From positions 9,734,001 through 9,798,000 of the forward strand of contig OU015568.1 in assembly GCA_907165135.1 (NCBI GenBank): a stretch of 64,000 nucleotides of DNA, in the 5' to 3' direction. Of the stretch, positions 51,514 through 64,000 are shown one piece after another. Numbering within the stretch: the stretch's first letter is position 1; each line of letters starts with the position of its first letter. Under the pieces are notes generated by a model. That model was not told where the DNA came from and did no database searches. It saw only the letters and a list, made by a program, of their open reading frames with translations. This stretch comes from Oikopleura dioica (Eukaryota; Animalia; Chordata). A program made the position numbers and the translations under genes.

Positions 51514-54316
51514 TTATCCGTCGAGCTCACCGGCAGCCAGAGCATCGGAGTAGCTCTTCTGCTTGCCTTCGGTGGGATGCAGGTTGATGGAGTCGTCGAT
51601 TCGAAGAATGGTAGTGGCCGCTTCAGTGGCGAGTTTGAGCGATTTTGTCTTGATCTTAGTTGGCTCAAAGACACCTAGACAATTTTAGAATAGTTCCAAG
51701 TTGCTTGATCTCACCAGCTTCTTTCTGGTTTCGGATACAGCCCTTTTCCAAGTCAAAACCGCAATATTTAAAGTGTGCCCGCTTTTCGTTGATCTGGGAC
51801 TCATTGTGGAAGGCTCGCAGCTTGAAAATATCGTTTATTTACGAACACTTGGACAGTATTTTTTTTTACCTTGGAGACAAGATCGGCGGCATCGAGAGCA
51901 GCGTTGATTGCCAAAGTCTTTGGAATGACCTGAAGACACTGGGCGAACTTGGCAACGGCGACCTGTTCTCGTGAGCTCATGCTAAAGAGATACGAATAAA
52001 GTTAATGGGAAAACGAGGAGGACAAACCTGTCAGCGTAGTTCTCAAGGAAGATGGACAGGGCAGCCTCGACGGCACCACCACCGCAGAGAAGAGATTTAG
52101 ACTCGAAGACACGCTTGACCACGCAGAGAGCATCGTGCACAGATCGTTCGATCTCGTCACACATAAAGTAGTTGGCGCCTCGAACGATGATAGAGCAACA
52201 AGTTTGTTTCTGAAACGAGTTCTATGAAAGACAACTTATTAATAACTTACCTTAGTTCCTCGGATCATGATAAGCTCGTCGTCAGAAATTCGCTCCTGCT
52301 CAACAGACTCAGCGTGTCCTAGAGATGAGGCTTCGAAGACTTCGTCTCCCTCCATGTTGGACAAGGATGAGACGATGGTGGCTGAAAATAGAAGTAGGAT
52401 GAGTATGAATAGGTTCCATGACGTGCTTTTTATAAGGTGGTCCAATTTATTTCTCCCATTTTTTCCTTTTTGACACAGAACACCATACAGATTTGGAATC
52501 AGTGGAGAAAATCTAGAAACTTGACCGTTTTAGTTTTTCGGAATTCACTTCCGGTTACGATTCTAGAGCCGGAAGAAGGCAAAATTTTGGAGTAAGGGTA
52601 AAGTGTGACCTATCATATTGCTGCGCAGAAGATTCTCAGTCATCTCATCATCAATCAAAACTGACCGGTAAAACTATGAAAAAAGCATGCTTTAATAAGA
52701 AAATTTTCAATTTTTACCGGTCGTTTACCGGCGGTTTTTGACCGGAGTTGGATTCGGTTCCGATAATTAATGACTGGATTTGTTGTAAGCTTCAATTTGA
52801 TAGTTCATAAGCATGCTTTTCTTGTAAATTTCGTGAATTTCCGGCTCTAGAATAGTAACCGGAAGTGAATTTCAAAAAACTAAAACGGTCAAGTTTCTAG
52901 ATTTTCTCCACTGATTCCAAATCTGTATGGTGTTCTGGGTCAAAAAAGGAAAAATGGGAGAAATAAATTGGACCACCTTAAAAAAAGCACGTCCATCTGG
53001 GAGTTAGGTACGGATAGTGTGCTCATGATGTGTTATGCTATCATCACAGTGGTCAGCCCCGAAAGATGATAAAGAAAAGGTGTAATCATAGCACTAACCA
53101 ACCGTTTAAAAAAATAATTATAGATCGGGTTATATAATTGATTATGGTGGTTTCTTGACTATTTACCTCCAGTAGCCTTCGCAATTCGTTTCATGTCTTT
53201 TTTGAGGACTCGTCGGACACCCATGCAACCAGCATCGACCAAATACTTCGTGTTCAAATCATCAATACCGCCGGTGGTAAGGATAACATTAGCTCCTGAC
53301 GCCAGGATCTTGTTGACACGTTCTTTCGTGATGTCAGCCTCTCGCTGTCGAATAGCTACAAAATTAGTCAATTTCATAAGATTTGGTAAAATCAACCTTG
53401 GAGTTTCTCTGGGTCATCAACAATGACGTGGACTCCCATCTTCATTTTCGTTTTTTGAAGGGAGAAATCGATGCAGGCAATCTTAGCCTTGGTGATTTTC
53501 TTTTTCATCTGGTGATCTGCCAGCATGCAGTTGAGAGCGTATCCTCTGACCAACTGAGTTTCTTTAGCTGATTTGCCATTTGCTTTCAAAATGTTGATGG
53601 ATTTGATAGGATATCGGTCAATTCCCTAAATTAAAATAAGAATATGTTTAATACTGCCATAGAGATTACCTTGGGATCGGTGAACTTGACAAGGGAGGCA
53701 GCATCAACAACCATTTCGGCGAAGAATTCAGAGTGCATGTTGATGATCTTCGAGCTCATTGAGGTCTAAAATTGAAGATTAATATCGGTGAGAAAAATAA
53801 GTAGAAAACCTTGGCCGCGGCGATGATGGAGTCACGGTTAATCTCGCCCATCGGAATGGTGAGAGCACTTCGAATGTACTTGATCGCTTCTTTGCAGGCG
53901 AGAGTGTAACCTGCGATGATAGAGTTGGGGTGAATCTTTTGTCGGACGAGCTCTTCGGCTCCTTTCAAAAGCTCAGCGGCGAAAATGACGACGGAAGTAG
54001 TTCCATCTCCGACCTAATGATCATCCATCAGATCCATTTTGATCTTGTTTCTTACCTCGTAATCTTGCTGATCGGCAATCTGTGCCAGAAGCTTAGCAGC
54101 AGGGTGCTGGATGTCGAGAAGCTTGAGGATGGTAGCTCCGTCGTTGGTGATGGTCGTTTCGCCAGTCTCGTCGACAAGCATCTTATCGAGTCCGACCGGT
54201 CCAAGAGAAGACTTGACAATATTGGCGATTGCGGCAACGGCGGTAACATTTTCAGATCGCACGCTCTGGCCAGTTTTTCTGTCTCCAGCAAGTACTAATC
54301 TCTCGGCCGTATTCAT
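51514..54316 (-). CDS. TCP1: T-complex protein 1 subunit alpha (CCT1)
   Basis: [73 protein letters not shown]. Confidence 0.96.
52420..52993. mobile_element. Long-TIR MITE (574 bp) in a TCP1 intron, superfamily unassigned
   Basis: ~150 bp near-perfect inverted arms beginning GACGTGCTTTTT; CAT at 52417-19 and 52994-96 is a candidate 3 bp TSD. Confidence 0.85.
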
Positions 54317-54494
54317 CTCTAAAATAAAATAATTTTAAACAAGGTTCCCATCATTTTTAATTTAGCACAGAAATAAGTCACGTGTCGAAGAGTCAATAAA
54401 TTAGAAAAATTAGCCTAAAACACCTCGGACACGGAGGAGAAATCCGCCTAAATATCGGTTGCCAGTTGACGCTCTCTAGTTATTAGTTTTGATT

Positions 54495-55895
54495 CTACTT
54501 CTTCTTCGGGGCGTTGGGAGTATTGAATTTAAAGAAGATGATGTCACCGTTCTTGACAATGTAGGTCTTGCCCTGCTGTCGATATCTTCCGATAGCCTTG
54601 ACCTTAGCTTCGGATCTCTCTTGCTCCCAAGCTTCCCAGTCCATCACTTCAGCCATAATAAAACCTTTCTCGAAGTCAGTGTGAATGCGTCCAGCCGCCT
54701 GGGGCGCCTTTGTGTTCTTCTTAATAATCCATGCCTAAAATCATCAACCGTTACGACTGGCGATACGAATGAATACTTACTCTGACTTCGTCTTCTCCGG
54801 CAGTGAAGAAATACTCGAGTCCGAGGCCCTTGAAACCGTTGGTAATGATTTTCTCGAGTTGAGAGGGAGCTTCCTTAGCCATAGTCTCCTGGGTGGCCGC
54901 GTCGGCATCCATAAATTCCAATTCATATTGAGCAGAGTACAAAATGCAGGTTGCTCCGGGATCGACAGCGTCGATCTTTGAAAGGTTTTTTATCAAAAAT
55001 AAAACCAGGCTAAGTTACCTTTTGCTTGAGAGGCATCAAGAACTTGCTCTTTCTCTTGAGGTACTCTTTTTTGCTCATGTTCATCAAATAGATCATTGGC
55101 TTCGCAGTGAGGAAAAGGTACTTGTTGAGAATGACGATTTCTCTCTCGTTCCATTCCAGAAATCGAACGTGCTTGCCCTCCTCCAGCGCTTCTTTTACCT
55201 TTTTCAGGACCTCGTATTCTTCCTTGAGTTTTTTTGTCGTTTCCGCGGACGTAAACTAAAACACCGCTTCTAGAGAATTTTTATTTTTGTATCATTCTTA
55301 CGCTTTTCGATGTCGTGGAGAGGTTTTTCAATGAGCGCGATATCCTTCAGTCTCAACTCGTCGTTGATGATCTGGATATCCCTGACGGGGTCGACCTCGC
55401 CCTCGACGTGGGTGATGTCTTCGTCCTTGAAAAGACGAAGCATGTGGAAGATAGCATCGCAGCCGGAGATGTGCGAGAGGAAAGCGTTTCCGAGACCTTG
55501 ACCTTCGTTAGCGCCCTTTACGAGTCCGGCAATATCAACGACGTTCAAATAAGCAGGAATTTGAGACTTTGGCGTGTGATCTTGGCACAACATATCGAAT
55601 CTAGAGATTTTCATCGCCACGTGAAAACGCATGAAATTCTTACCTGTAATCTGGAACAGTGACTCTTGCCTCGTTGGGATCGATGGTACAGAAGGGGAAG
55701 TTCTCGGCTGGGATGGAGGATTTTGTCAAAACATTGAAGAAGGTTGACTTTCCGACGTTTGGAAGTCCGACAATACCTTCAATTATAAATGAAGATGAGT
55801 CTAATGACAATTTACTGACCAATTCGAAGGTTAGTTCCCATTCGGCCCAAGACCTTTGGGGGCTCCTCTTCGACAACCTTCTTCTTTGGTGGCAT
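54495..55895 (-). CDS. OLA1: Obg-like ATPase 1 (YchF)
   Basis: [71 protein letters not shown]. Confidence 0.96.
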
Positions 55896-56088
55896 TCTGA
55901 AAGGATTCGTTTTAGAAAGATTCTAAATGATTTTGCTAGAAGTAAGCGCATTGAAGTCAAATTTACGAATTGGATCGGATTTAAGGATACTTGGTAAATG
56001 AAGATTCTTTTGTTTCTGATAATTGGAAAATGAGGATAGCATATGCTATAGCAGATGAATTGCACGGAATAAATTTCTACTGGGCGAT

Positions 56089-56858
56089 CTAGGGAATGCT
56101 GTCAAGCTCGTGCTTGATGTAGAGAAGATCGGTGCGAGAGAAGATCTCCTCGAGAATTCCCTCTACTTCTTTTAGCGTTTTTTCAACTCTTCGCCGTTCA
56201 GCTCTGGCGCGATTTTTTGACAAAAGGTTTTGCTGTCTGGAAGAGTGTACACGGCCACCCCGATTGATTTGCGAACAACCTAAATAAACTCTTTTAGGAT
56301 AGTTTTATTGCAGCTTTATCTACCCAGGGATGATGAGCAGGCATCGGACTAGAATGATAAGACTCGTACGCGATCGTGCTCATCTTCCCGTCATGTTCAT
56401 TTCTTGAGATCTTTCCCAACAATGTGGAAATCATTTTGAACGCACGATGGAGCCGCAGGAGCGTTCTACTTGCAGATGGGTTCTTTTCGTCTAGTTTCTC
56501 GTAGTTGATGCTCCCCGCTGCTTTTTCCTCCTTCATCATTTTTTCGATTGTGATGAAGTTTTGGACCTTTTCGATTCTTTGTAAGATTTTGACTGAAGAA
56601 CAATTGTGAATTTATTTTGAAAAAGCTTGGTTACTTTTGTCATCGACGTCAGAAGAGACAAATTTGAAGACTGAACCCATCGCATCCAGCACTAAATAAA
56701 GTTTTTAACAAAAAGTTTAAAAGATCATCAAAACCTTTTTTCAAGTGAATCCATATCAAAATATAAGTCGGCAAGTGCACATCATTCTCTCTGGACTCAT
56801 CGAGGCACAATTTTAGATCGTACAAAAGGTCACTTGCGATGGACGATTCGGTAGCCAT
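56089..56858 (-). CDS. CPTP: Ceramide-1-phosphate transfer protein (GLTPD1/ACD11-like)
   Basis: [32 protein letters not shown]...[11 protein letters not shown]. Confidence 0.8.
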
Positions 56859-56952
56859 TCTAGAACATTCGAGCATGTTCGAGGAGGTTCTAGTAATAAT
56901 GAGAAAAGTGGCAGTTGAATTTATTCTATTTTTTTCGATTGCGGCAGTAGAG

Positions 56953-59116
56953 TTAGTTCACTACGCTTGCGTTTAAAATTGTCATATCATCCCAAGGCTT
57001 GTCCGTTTTGTTATTTACCGGCGCCTGGGAAATTTTGAGCACATTTTCCATGCCTTGATAAACTTCTCCAAATATCGTATGCTACAAGAGTTTTTAACGA
57101 ATTAGAATAAATAGAGTGGTTTTTCACCTTGTTATCCAGCCATGGACAGGGACAAACAGTGATGAAAAACTGTGACCCATTCGAGTTTGGCCCTGCATTT
57201 GCCATCGACACCATGAAAGGCTTTTTATGCTAAGAAGAGATTAGAACTTGCGGATGAAGCGAAATGAACAAACCTTCAGTTCTGGTAAAATTTCATCTTC
57301 GAATTCTCCGCCCCAAATCGACTCGCCTCCCGTTCCAGTTCCGAGAGGACAGCCCGTTTGGATCATGAATCCTTTTATAACTCGGTGGAATATGTGGTTG
57401 TTATAGTAACCGTTGCGCACATGGACGACGAAGTTTTCGACAGTTTTAGGGACTACAAAAAACGATCTCAGTCAAAAAAACCTAGACAAAAAATTACCTT
57501 TGTCTTTGAAAAGTTTAATGTAAATATCTCCCATGGAAGTTCGGAGACAGACCTTTGTCGCAAGCCTTCTTGCCTGTGCGGTCTTGGAAAACGATCAGGA
57601 AATGTATAAAAATCTTACTATACCTGTGCAGCAGCCATAGTTTCCTCTTTAGTCGGCTTTTCGTTGAAAATGTCCCTCTCATACGCTTCTCCGTCGAGTT
57701 CTCGCTGGGTGAAAAGGTAAAATCGTTTGCTTTTGTGAGCAGTAACAAAAAGCGTCGGATCTGAAAATATTTGTTTTCGAAAAATACGGGCCAAAAACTA
57801 ACCTTTCACATTTTCTGCCAGAGTTGGGTTCGCCGCTGCTTTCATGTCAAGCGTAAGCGCCGCCGTCCGCTTGTCCTCCGTCAATGAGCCCTGACACAAT
57901 GCCAGACTAAGTGGTCGAAAGGTCTCTTATTTCAGCTTCAAAAATTTTTATCCTCATGAAATGAGAAAGGTTCGGTTTTTGAAACAGTGCCTGTTAGTCC
58001 AATAATTTTGATACAAGCGCCGGTCCTCAATGAAATCACCCGAACTCCCCAGAGTGTTGAGTAAAGAAAAAACTTGCCAGACTGGTCAAAAATCGCTTCC
58101 GATAGCCGCAACTTATCGTGTTTTGGTAACTCTTTTTCATTCGCCATTTTCCGCCCAAAGTCCATCTCGTTAATCAGTTCTTCTTTCTTCTGCTGCTCGG
58201 AAATTGATTTCAGAGTTTCGTCAAATTGTCGCCAGATTTTTCCTTTTCTCAACTTGAAAACGCGGATGATTCTGTCAGATCCATACGCGGAGAACTTCTC
58301 GCAATCTGGAGATACTGATAGATGCATAACAAAAGCCTTGTTCTTTGCCAAGTCGTATAAATCCGTTTGCATTTTGTACTTGAACTCAAAAAGATCTTCG
58401 TTGATCTCGTAGGGCGCCTCCGAGTTCCAAAACTCGATCATTCCTTGCGAATCCGCCGTGATGACGATTTTGTGAAGTGGGCAAAATCGCATCGCAGTGA
58501 TTGTCGATCCCTTGAAATGAACCTTGTCCAGGAGCGCATTTTCGGAGGCACTGGAAGATGTCGAATCGTACACTCGGATGATGTGAGACTCCTTCTCCAC
58601 GACTGAGATTCCGTGGATTGTCGAGCCGGAGGTATAAATCCACTCGATCAAAGAAGCTTCAAAGTCGAGCGAGATCATATTGATCATATCGAAATTGACG
58701 ACGTCGAATATCTTGACCTTCTTGTCCGTCGCCGTTGTTGCGTAGCGACTACCATCGGTCGAGACCGCCGTGTGGATGAGGCCGCCAATGTGCGCTCTGA
58801 AGTGCTTGACGAATTCAATGTAGACCTCCCGCTTTTTCCAAAATTTCACGTGACCATCCACCGAGGCCGTCACGATGAACATTGTTGGAGTAGAATGGAC
58901 GGAAAACAAGACATCTCTATGCATGTAACTCCTCTCGTATCTCTCGGCCGCTGGGAGGTCCTCGAGCAATCTCAATTCCTGGACGTTCACGGCCTTTCGT
59001 TTCTTAGCAGCTGGCTCGTCCATCTCTTGATCCGCATTTTCACGATTACAAACTGGAACTGCTTCTGCCACTGCTGCCTCTGCAACAGCCGACCCCGATT
59101 CCCCGTCAACCGTCAT
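56953..59116 (-). CDS. PPWD1: Peptidylprolyl isomerase domain and WD repeat protein 1
   Basis: [30 protein letters not shown]40 region and cyclophilin domain ([35 protein letters not shown]). Confidence 0.95.
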
Positions 59117-59416
59117 TAAAAGAGAGAGAGAAAAGTGTTTTTCTGAAGAGTTTATTTACAAAATAGAACGAGCTTTTTTCGAGTAACATCTGTTTGGGCA
59201 GTAATTTGTTTTGGAACAATTTTTGCCGACTGGGCCGCTGCTTTTCAAAATTTTTTTTCGGTGCTTTTTTCGAAAACACGAAAGAAAGCGGAGAATTAAG
59301 CAAAAAGGAAAGTGTAAGCGAAAGATGAGCTCAGTCGTCATCACGGGAAAATCGACAGATGCAGAGGAGGGAGAGACAAAATACTAAGAAAGATGATCAT
59401 GAAGGGAACGTTTTCT

Positions 59417-60368
59417 TCAGTCGGTCTTGAACACTAATTGATGGCCATCTGCTGTTTGAATCATCTGCCCGTTTTCTTGAATTATGACGTGTTGAGTTAC
59501 ACCCGACTCTCCGGCAATCTAGGATTGATAAAGCTCTGAATTTCGCCGAGTTCTACTACCTGGACGATTTGCGGAGTGTTTATCGAGATTTCTTCCTGTG
59601 CATCTTCCATTTTATCGCCCTTTATCGAGTCCCTGTACTTGCCCAGGTAAATCTTCAGCGGCTCTACGTAAGGTTCGAAACCGAGGGTTGTCAGAGCGAA
59701 GAGAATGTCTGAAAAGTTCTAGTGAATGATTTAAAATTCTGGCATTGGCTCACCTTCTCCGTTTATTGTCTTTCTTTTCTCCTGCTGGCATCTTTCGGCA
59801 GCTTCGGAAGTAATGAAAGAGATGAACTCAGAGACGCACTCTTGTACGCACTCCTATAAATTACTGATAAAAGATAAGGTTCATTGAAAGACAAGAGTTA
59901 CCTTCGCTTCTTTGGCGATTTTGCCATTGGCGGGAATGGCGTTTTTCATGATCCGGGCTACGTTCGCAATCGGAAGGAAAATGTCTTGTTCACGGAAGGG
60001 TTTCTGACCGGTGAAGATCGACTCATTCGTGTGGATGATCTGAGCGGGTTCTGTTTGATGGACCACTTGCTCGTGAACGACCTGTTGCTCTTCCAGATTT
60101 AGCTCTGAAATTTCTGGCGTTTGTTAGATTTCGTTCACGATTGAACTAAGTGATTATAAATTCAACCCTTCTGTCAAACTGCCACCGACTGTATAATGAT
60201 ACTGCATCTGACAGTAATGATAAGAAACTCACCAATCGCCTGTGGCTGTGATTCGGAGATGATTTGCTCTTCGTGGACATCCTCTTCCGAAGCGGCAGGG
60301 TCCTCATACTCTTCACCCTCAACGGTTTGCTTCACGGTCTCCAATCGTTGGACGTTTTCCTCTTCCAT
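59417..60368 (-). CDS. NFYB: Nuclear transcription factor Y subunit beta
   Basis: [56 protein letters not shown] histone fold. Confidence 0.95.
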
Positions 60369-60415
60369 TCTTTTTTGAGTTTTTGAGATTTGCCGAGATC
60401 GATTGGCCAGACGAG

Positions 60416-60545
60416 TCAAAGAGCATTGCGCGCCAAATTCAAATCACTCCGGCGCCTACGCAACAGTGCTGCGAGGCGCTCCTCCGACTCGTGAGAACCT
60501 TGCTCTCGGAGCTCCTCCGCTGCTGGAAGACATTTGCTGGAAGCA
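60416..60545 (-). CDS. Probable terminal exon of an unidentified upstream gene
   Basis: GC-rich open frame AEELREQGSHESEERLAALLRRRRSDLNLARNAL* ending 48 bp before the NFYB ATG, preceded by acceptor-like AGs. Confidence 0.3.
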
Positions 60546-61351
60546 GAAGCTTAGGAAGATTCCTGAAAAGATATTTGAGCGTCTGCCTGATGAAAGTACA
60601 ATATAAAAGTCTGATTTTAACATTGAAATAAAAATTTTAAAGGTTTTTGTTGAGTTTGAAACAACAGTAACTATTTCTGACAGTCTGTATCACAAACCGT
60701 ATTCGATAATATGGTAACGATATTGTGGTATTGAAGTGTTTCGAATTTCATGCTCGCAAGTGCGTTTTCAATATACGGAGTTTCACGCTTTTTTCGCGAA
60801 ACCGAAATTGAGGGATTGACTTAATTTATCGCTGAAAGTGACTGAGTCAGTCCCGTCCTCAACACCACTCAGGTGCATTTATCGCGCTGCATTTATCGCA
60901 CTTTCGTCGGTTAGAAGCAGCGTGAGCACGTACTTTTAGATTGTGGATTGGGTAGACCACACTTACAGTCGCTTCCTTCGCTAATTTCTCTAAAACGTCT
61001 GTCTCTTATCAATTAATCATTCGCAAGTACTGGAAAGAAGACATAGAGGAGTAGCTCTTTGAGTCCGACAGGATTTTTACACGAAATATATTTAAGAATC
61101 AAAAACTCTCGAGAGGGTACTATCTGTCCAGGTATCATAACGGGTGGGTCTTTGACTGCAGCCATACGACCTCTTTAATCTGAGAGTACGGTTGGACAGG
61201 GATCGAGAGAAACCTCAGGGCTCGTGCTGCCTTTCGTCAGTTTACGGTTTTTGATCTCGTGCGACAATAGCGATGCTAGGTTGATAACAGTCTTACTGAC
61301 CCAATCTAACAGGCGATGAGGACGAGAACCTTTTTGAGAGGAGAAAGAACC

Positions 61352-61422
61352 CAATCGTAGCAGGATTCGAACTCACAACTCTCCCTCCGAGTAATTCGGC
61401 ACGACTAACTGCGCTACTCGTC
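61352..61422 (-). pseudogene. Degenerate tRNA-like sequence (tRNA pseudogene or SINE head)
   Basis: Minus strand has A-box-like TAGCGCAGTTAG and B-box GAGTTCGAATCC at tRNA spacing, but the acceptor, T and anticodon stems pair poorly. Confidence 0.4.
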
Positions 61423-63575
61423 CCCGCCGTTTTCCCTTTTTACCTTTTCTTTATTCTTATTTTCGGCTCTTACGAACGACGCATTCGAGATCAGGAACAA
61501 TACTGAATAAGCCTAATTTTCTATTTTAGCCTAGTGAGACGTGGTTAATAAACAAGATGCTAAATGATTGTCCAGAAACAACAAATTAGCCGCAAGAAAA
61601 ATAACAAAGTTCGTTGAATGAGACCGGGGAGGCAGAATCTATAATTTTCCCCGCCGCGTCCTTCTTCTTCAATGCTTTTCTATATAAAAGTATGAATGAA
61701 ATTTGGTTACTTCTAGCCACGGTTATTCCGTTAAAAGTGCATCGTTGGTCGCCACGAAGGTCGAATGTCTTGCTGGGAAGCAAACTCACAAAAACAGCAT
61801 AATCTGATCTTTACATGAGCTGCATTGGCTTCTTTGCTACTAATCCTAGCTTTTGTGAGCCGTGCCTAAAGTAAACAAACGTTCGCCACGTGAACCGTTC
61901 ATTTTCGTCACAACCGGGCGTCTCTTCCTCCCACCGCTCAACAATGCGACAATTGGGGCGAAGTTCAGTGCTGCGCGTTTCCGCTCCCTCGGTTTCCTGT
62001 TGTGCATTTGGCCGAGCGCCTCAGACTCGAAATCCGACCACGAAGTCATTTTCAAAGTGCTTACACCAGATCGCTTTCAATACTTATGGTTTTGTAGGTT
62101 CCTTCTCTCCAGATTAAAGACGCAGCCAGCCATTTTGAACCAGTTTTTGTTTTCGATGCCTTTAGAAATAAAAAAGACTTGTCAGACAAAAAGTCGTTGG
62201 ACAGGAGAAAACGTCGAGAAAGAGTACTTGAAAGTCAAGATATTCCAAATTATTATATTCGGAGAGTTCATTTCTGGGGCATCTAATCTGATTTGCTAAA
62301 AATAGCTGAAAGGATTCCAGAGAACAGATAGAATCGTTTAACTTTGACTAAAGAATTTGCTCCCATTGATAATTTAGCAGTTTTACCTGAAAAAGAATGG
62401 ACTGAATTCTGTGGTTTGGAGAATATCTAGTTAGAATTTGATTGAAAAAGAAAATTAATAATTTTTGATATTATCCTGATGGATGTATAAAACGTTGAGT
62501 ATTCGCCAGTTTGTCCAGTTTTTTCCATTAAATAACTGAAAGTAGTTCTTGCTGTATGTTGCTGTATTAAAAAAGGAAAGAAACATTTATGAAATAGTTT
62601 TTTATCGATCGAGTTTAGTCGGGTCGACGAAAATGAGCTGGTTAAGCTGCACTGGATTTCCGCAGCTCTTTTTCTGCCAACGGATATGATTGTTGGTGGC
62701 GATTTTGAGGGACCACGTGACTAGCGGTCGCAAATACTTTAAGACTTTAGTCAAGGAACTTCGACGTGCACCCTAATGCTCTATAAATCGCCCGAGATTT
62801 TCGTTTAATTTTTCAATTTACGACTGGCTGTAAAAATTCTCTGCTTGTTGAGTACTTTCGGGAGCTTCCGGACAAATATTTTTATATAAAAGCAAAGTAC
62901 TGTTTTGTCCAGTTTTTTCGATTAGAAAGTATTTGCAAGATGATGTGGACGGAAATGTGGAGCATGTGTGAGCAACAAACACGGGAAAGTTAGCGCGTGT
63001 GTTTTCTGAAAACTCTAGTACCGCGCTTTCTAATGTTGAGGGACCCCAAGGGGGCATATATTTGCATACAAAGTCCAAGCCTTAATATTCCACTCGAGCA
63101 GGAGGAAACTGCAAGGTATTAGAATGACACCTAATTTGTTTAATTTACACAAGGGTTAACAATTGAGTTTATTACTCAAAATCTGCATTGCTTGGCATTT
63201 TTTCGCAAGAAAATGAAACATGGAAATCAGAATTCTTACTTACTATTCCAGAACAAGAAAATATAAAATTGTAGCTGAGGGTGCAAGAAGCAAATATTTA
63301 ATATCTCCGAGGTGCAATATCTCGGCCGGTCGGGCAGAGCAGGCATTTGGCTGCTCGAAATGAAGGTCGAATTCTCGACCCTTTTTGCTCTTTTTTCGAT
63401 TGCTGCTGATGCACAGAAGCCTCTGGCACGGTTTTAATACTCCCCGAGACTTATGATGTAAAAAGAGAGAGAGAGTTTACTGTATGAGAAAAAATTCGCG
63501 CGAATGAAAACGAAATGGATCGGAGGTGTTTGATAATTGACAAAATTCCCGCGAAAAAATCAGAATCGAAGATAA

Positions 63576-64000
63576 AGAGTAGCCGCAAAATTTGCAAAAT
63601 TAACGGCCAACTTCTGTAAATACAGGGGCCGGGATAGGATCCCTTTTTTTCCCGGCTGGCTAATACGTTTTGTGAATAAAGCCCGCTTTTTGCATCACTT
63701 TGGGACTGGTTTATCATTTTCGGACACGTTTGAGGCTTTTGCAAATATGCCCAAGCGCGAATGGTTGAACCTCAGTCCTATTTATTATACGCCAGCGTAC
63801 GAATTTTTTGATAACACAATATTCACGCCTAGAATCTCGAAAAAGGCGTCGGCAGGGCGCAGAGTATTTAAAAAGCAGTGCGGACACTCTTATCAATCGC
63901 GTGCATTTCGACTCGCAAGAGCCGTGACACATGTTCAAACCGTTCGAAAGATTCCCATTTCGGATGACTTTATCATATACACTGAAATCAGCAGCGAGTT
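63576..64000 (+). CDS. Open frame of ~140 codons running off the window end (ATG at 63747)
   Basis: Stop-free frame RVAAKFAKLTANFC...MPKREWLNLSPIYYTP...IIYTEISSE; no homology recognised. Confidence 0.25.

Noticed and set aside
61038-61048. Fragments resembling the Oikopleura spliced leader (TTTGAGTCCGA here; ACTCATCCCA near 51098)
   Set aside because: 10-11 nt matches to a recalled sequence are expected by chance; there is no full leader, donor or Sm site.
61154-61250. 5S rRNA-like start (GACTGCAGCCATACGACC)
   Set aside because: Only ~15 nt resemble 5S; helix I cannot close and the internal boxes are not convincing.
62030-62075. THAP-like WCKHFENDF peptide on the minus strand
   Set aside because: The frame is short and closed by stops, and the upstream C2CH cysteines were not found.

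Overview
Eukaryotic, very gene-dense DNA with mostly 30-100 bp introns, some GA/GG/GC donors, and long runs of co-oriented genes with an acceptor-like AG just before the ATG. This architecture strongly suggests the larvacean tunicate Oikopleura (inference, not database-checked). About 24 spliced genes are recognisable, nearly all on the minus strand, mostly in two operon-like runs: EXOSC10-PET117-DNAJC19-RhoGAP-YIPF4-OGFOD1-PKG and NFYB-PPWD1-CPTP-OLA1-TCP1-STIL-like-TMEM161-GLG1-TM9SF4. SLC35D, DUSP11-like, CEP120, G-beta, a plus-strand coiled-coil/Tudor-like gene and two intronless plus-strand ORFs lie outside these runs. The unusual content is non-autonomous DNA transposons inside genes: (1) a 3.5 kb TA-flanked TIR element in a PKG intron, about 80% of which is a near-perfect array of ~50 hairpin-forming 55/56 bp units; (2) a 462 bp hAT-type MITE with an 8 bp TSD inserted into conserved OGFOD1 coding sequence, either a newborn intron or a knockout allele; (3) a four-layer nest of elements in a 3.1 kb GA-AG intron of a short STIL/Ana2-like gene. 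There is no CRISPR array. CDS coordinates are gene spans including introns, assembled by hand; internal exon borders are approximate, and the assembly may contain homopolymer indel errors.
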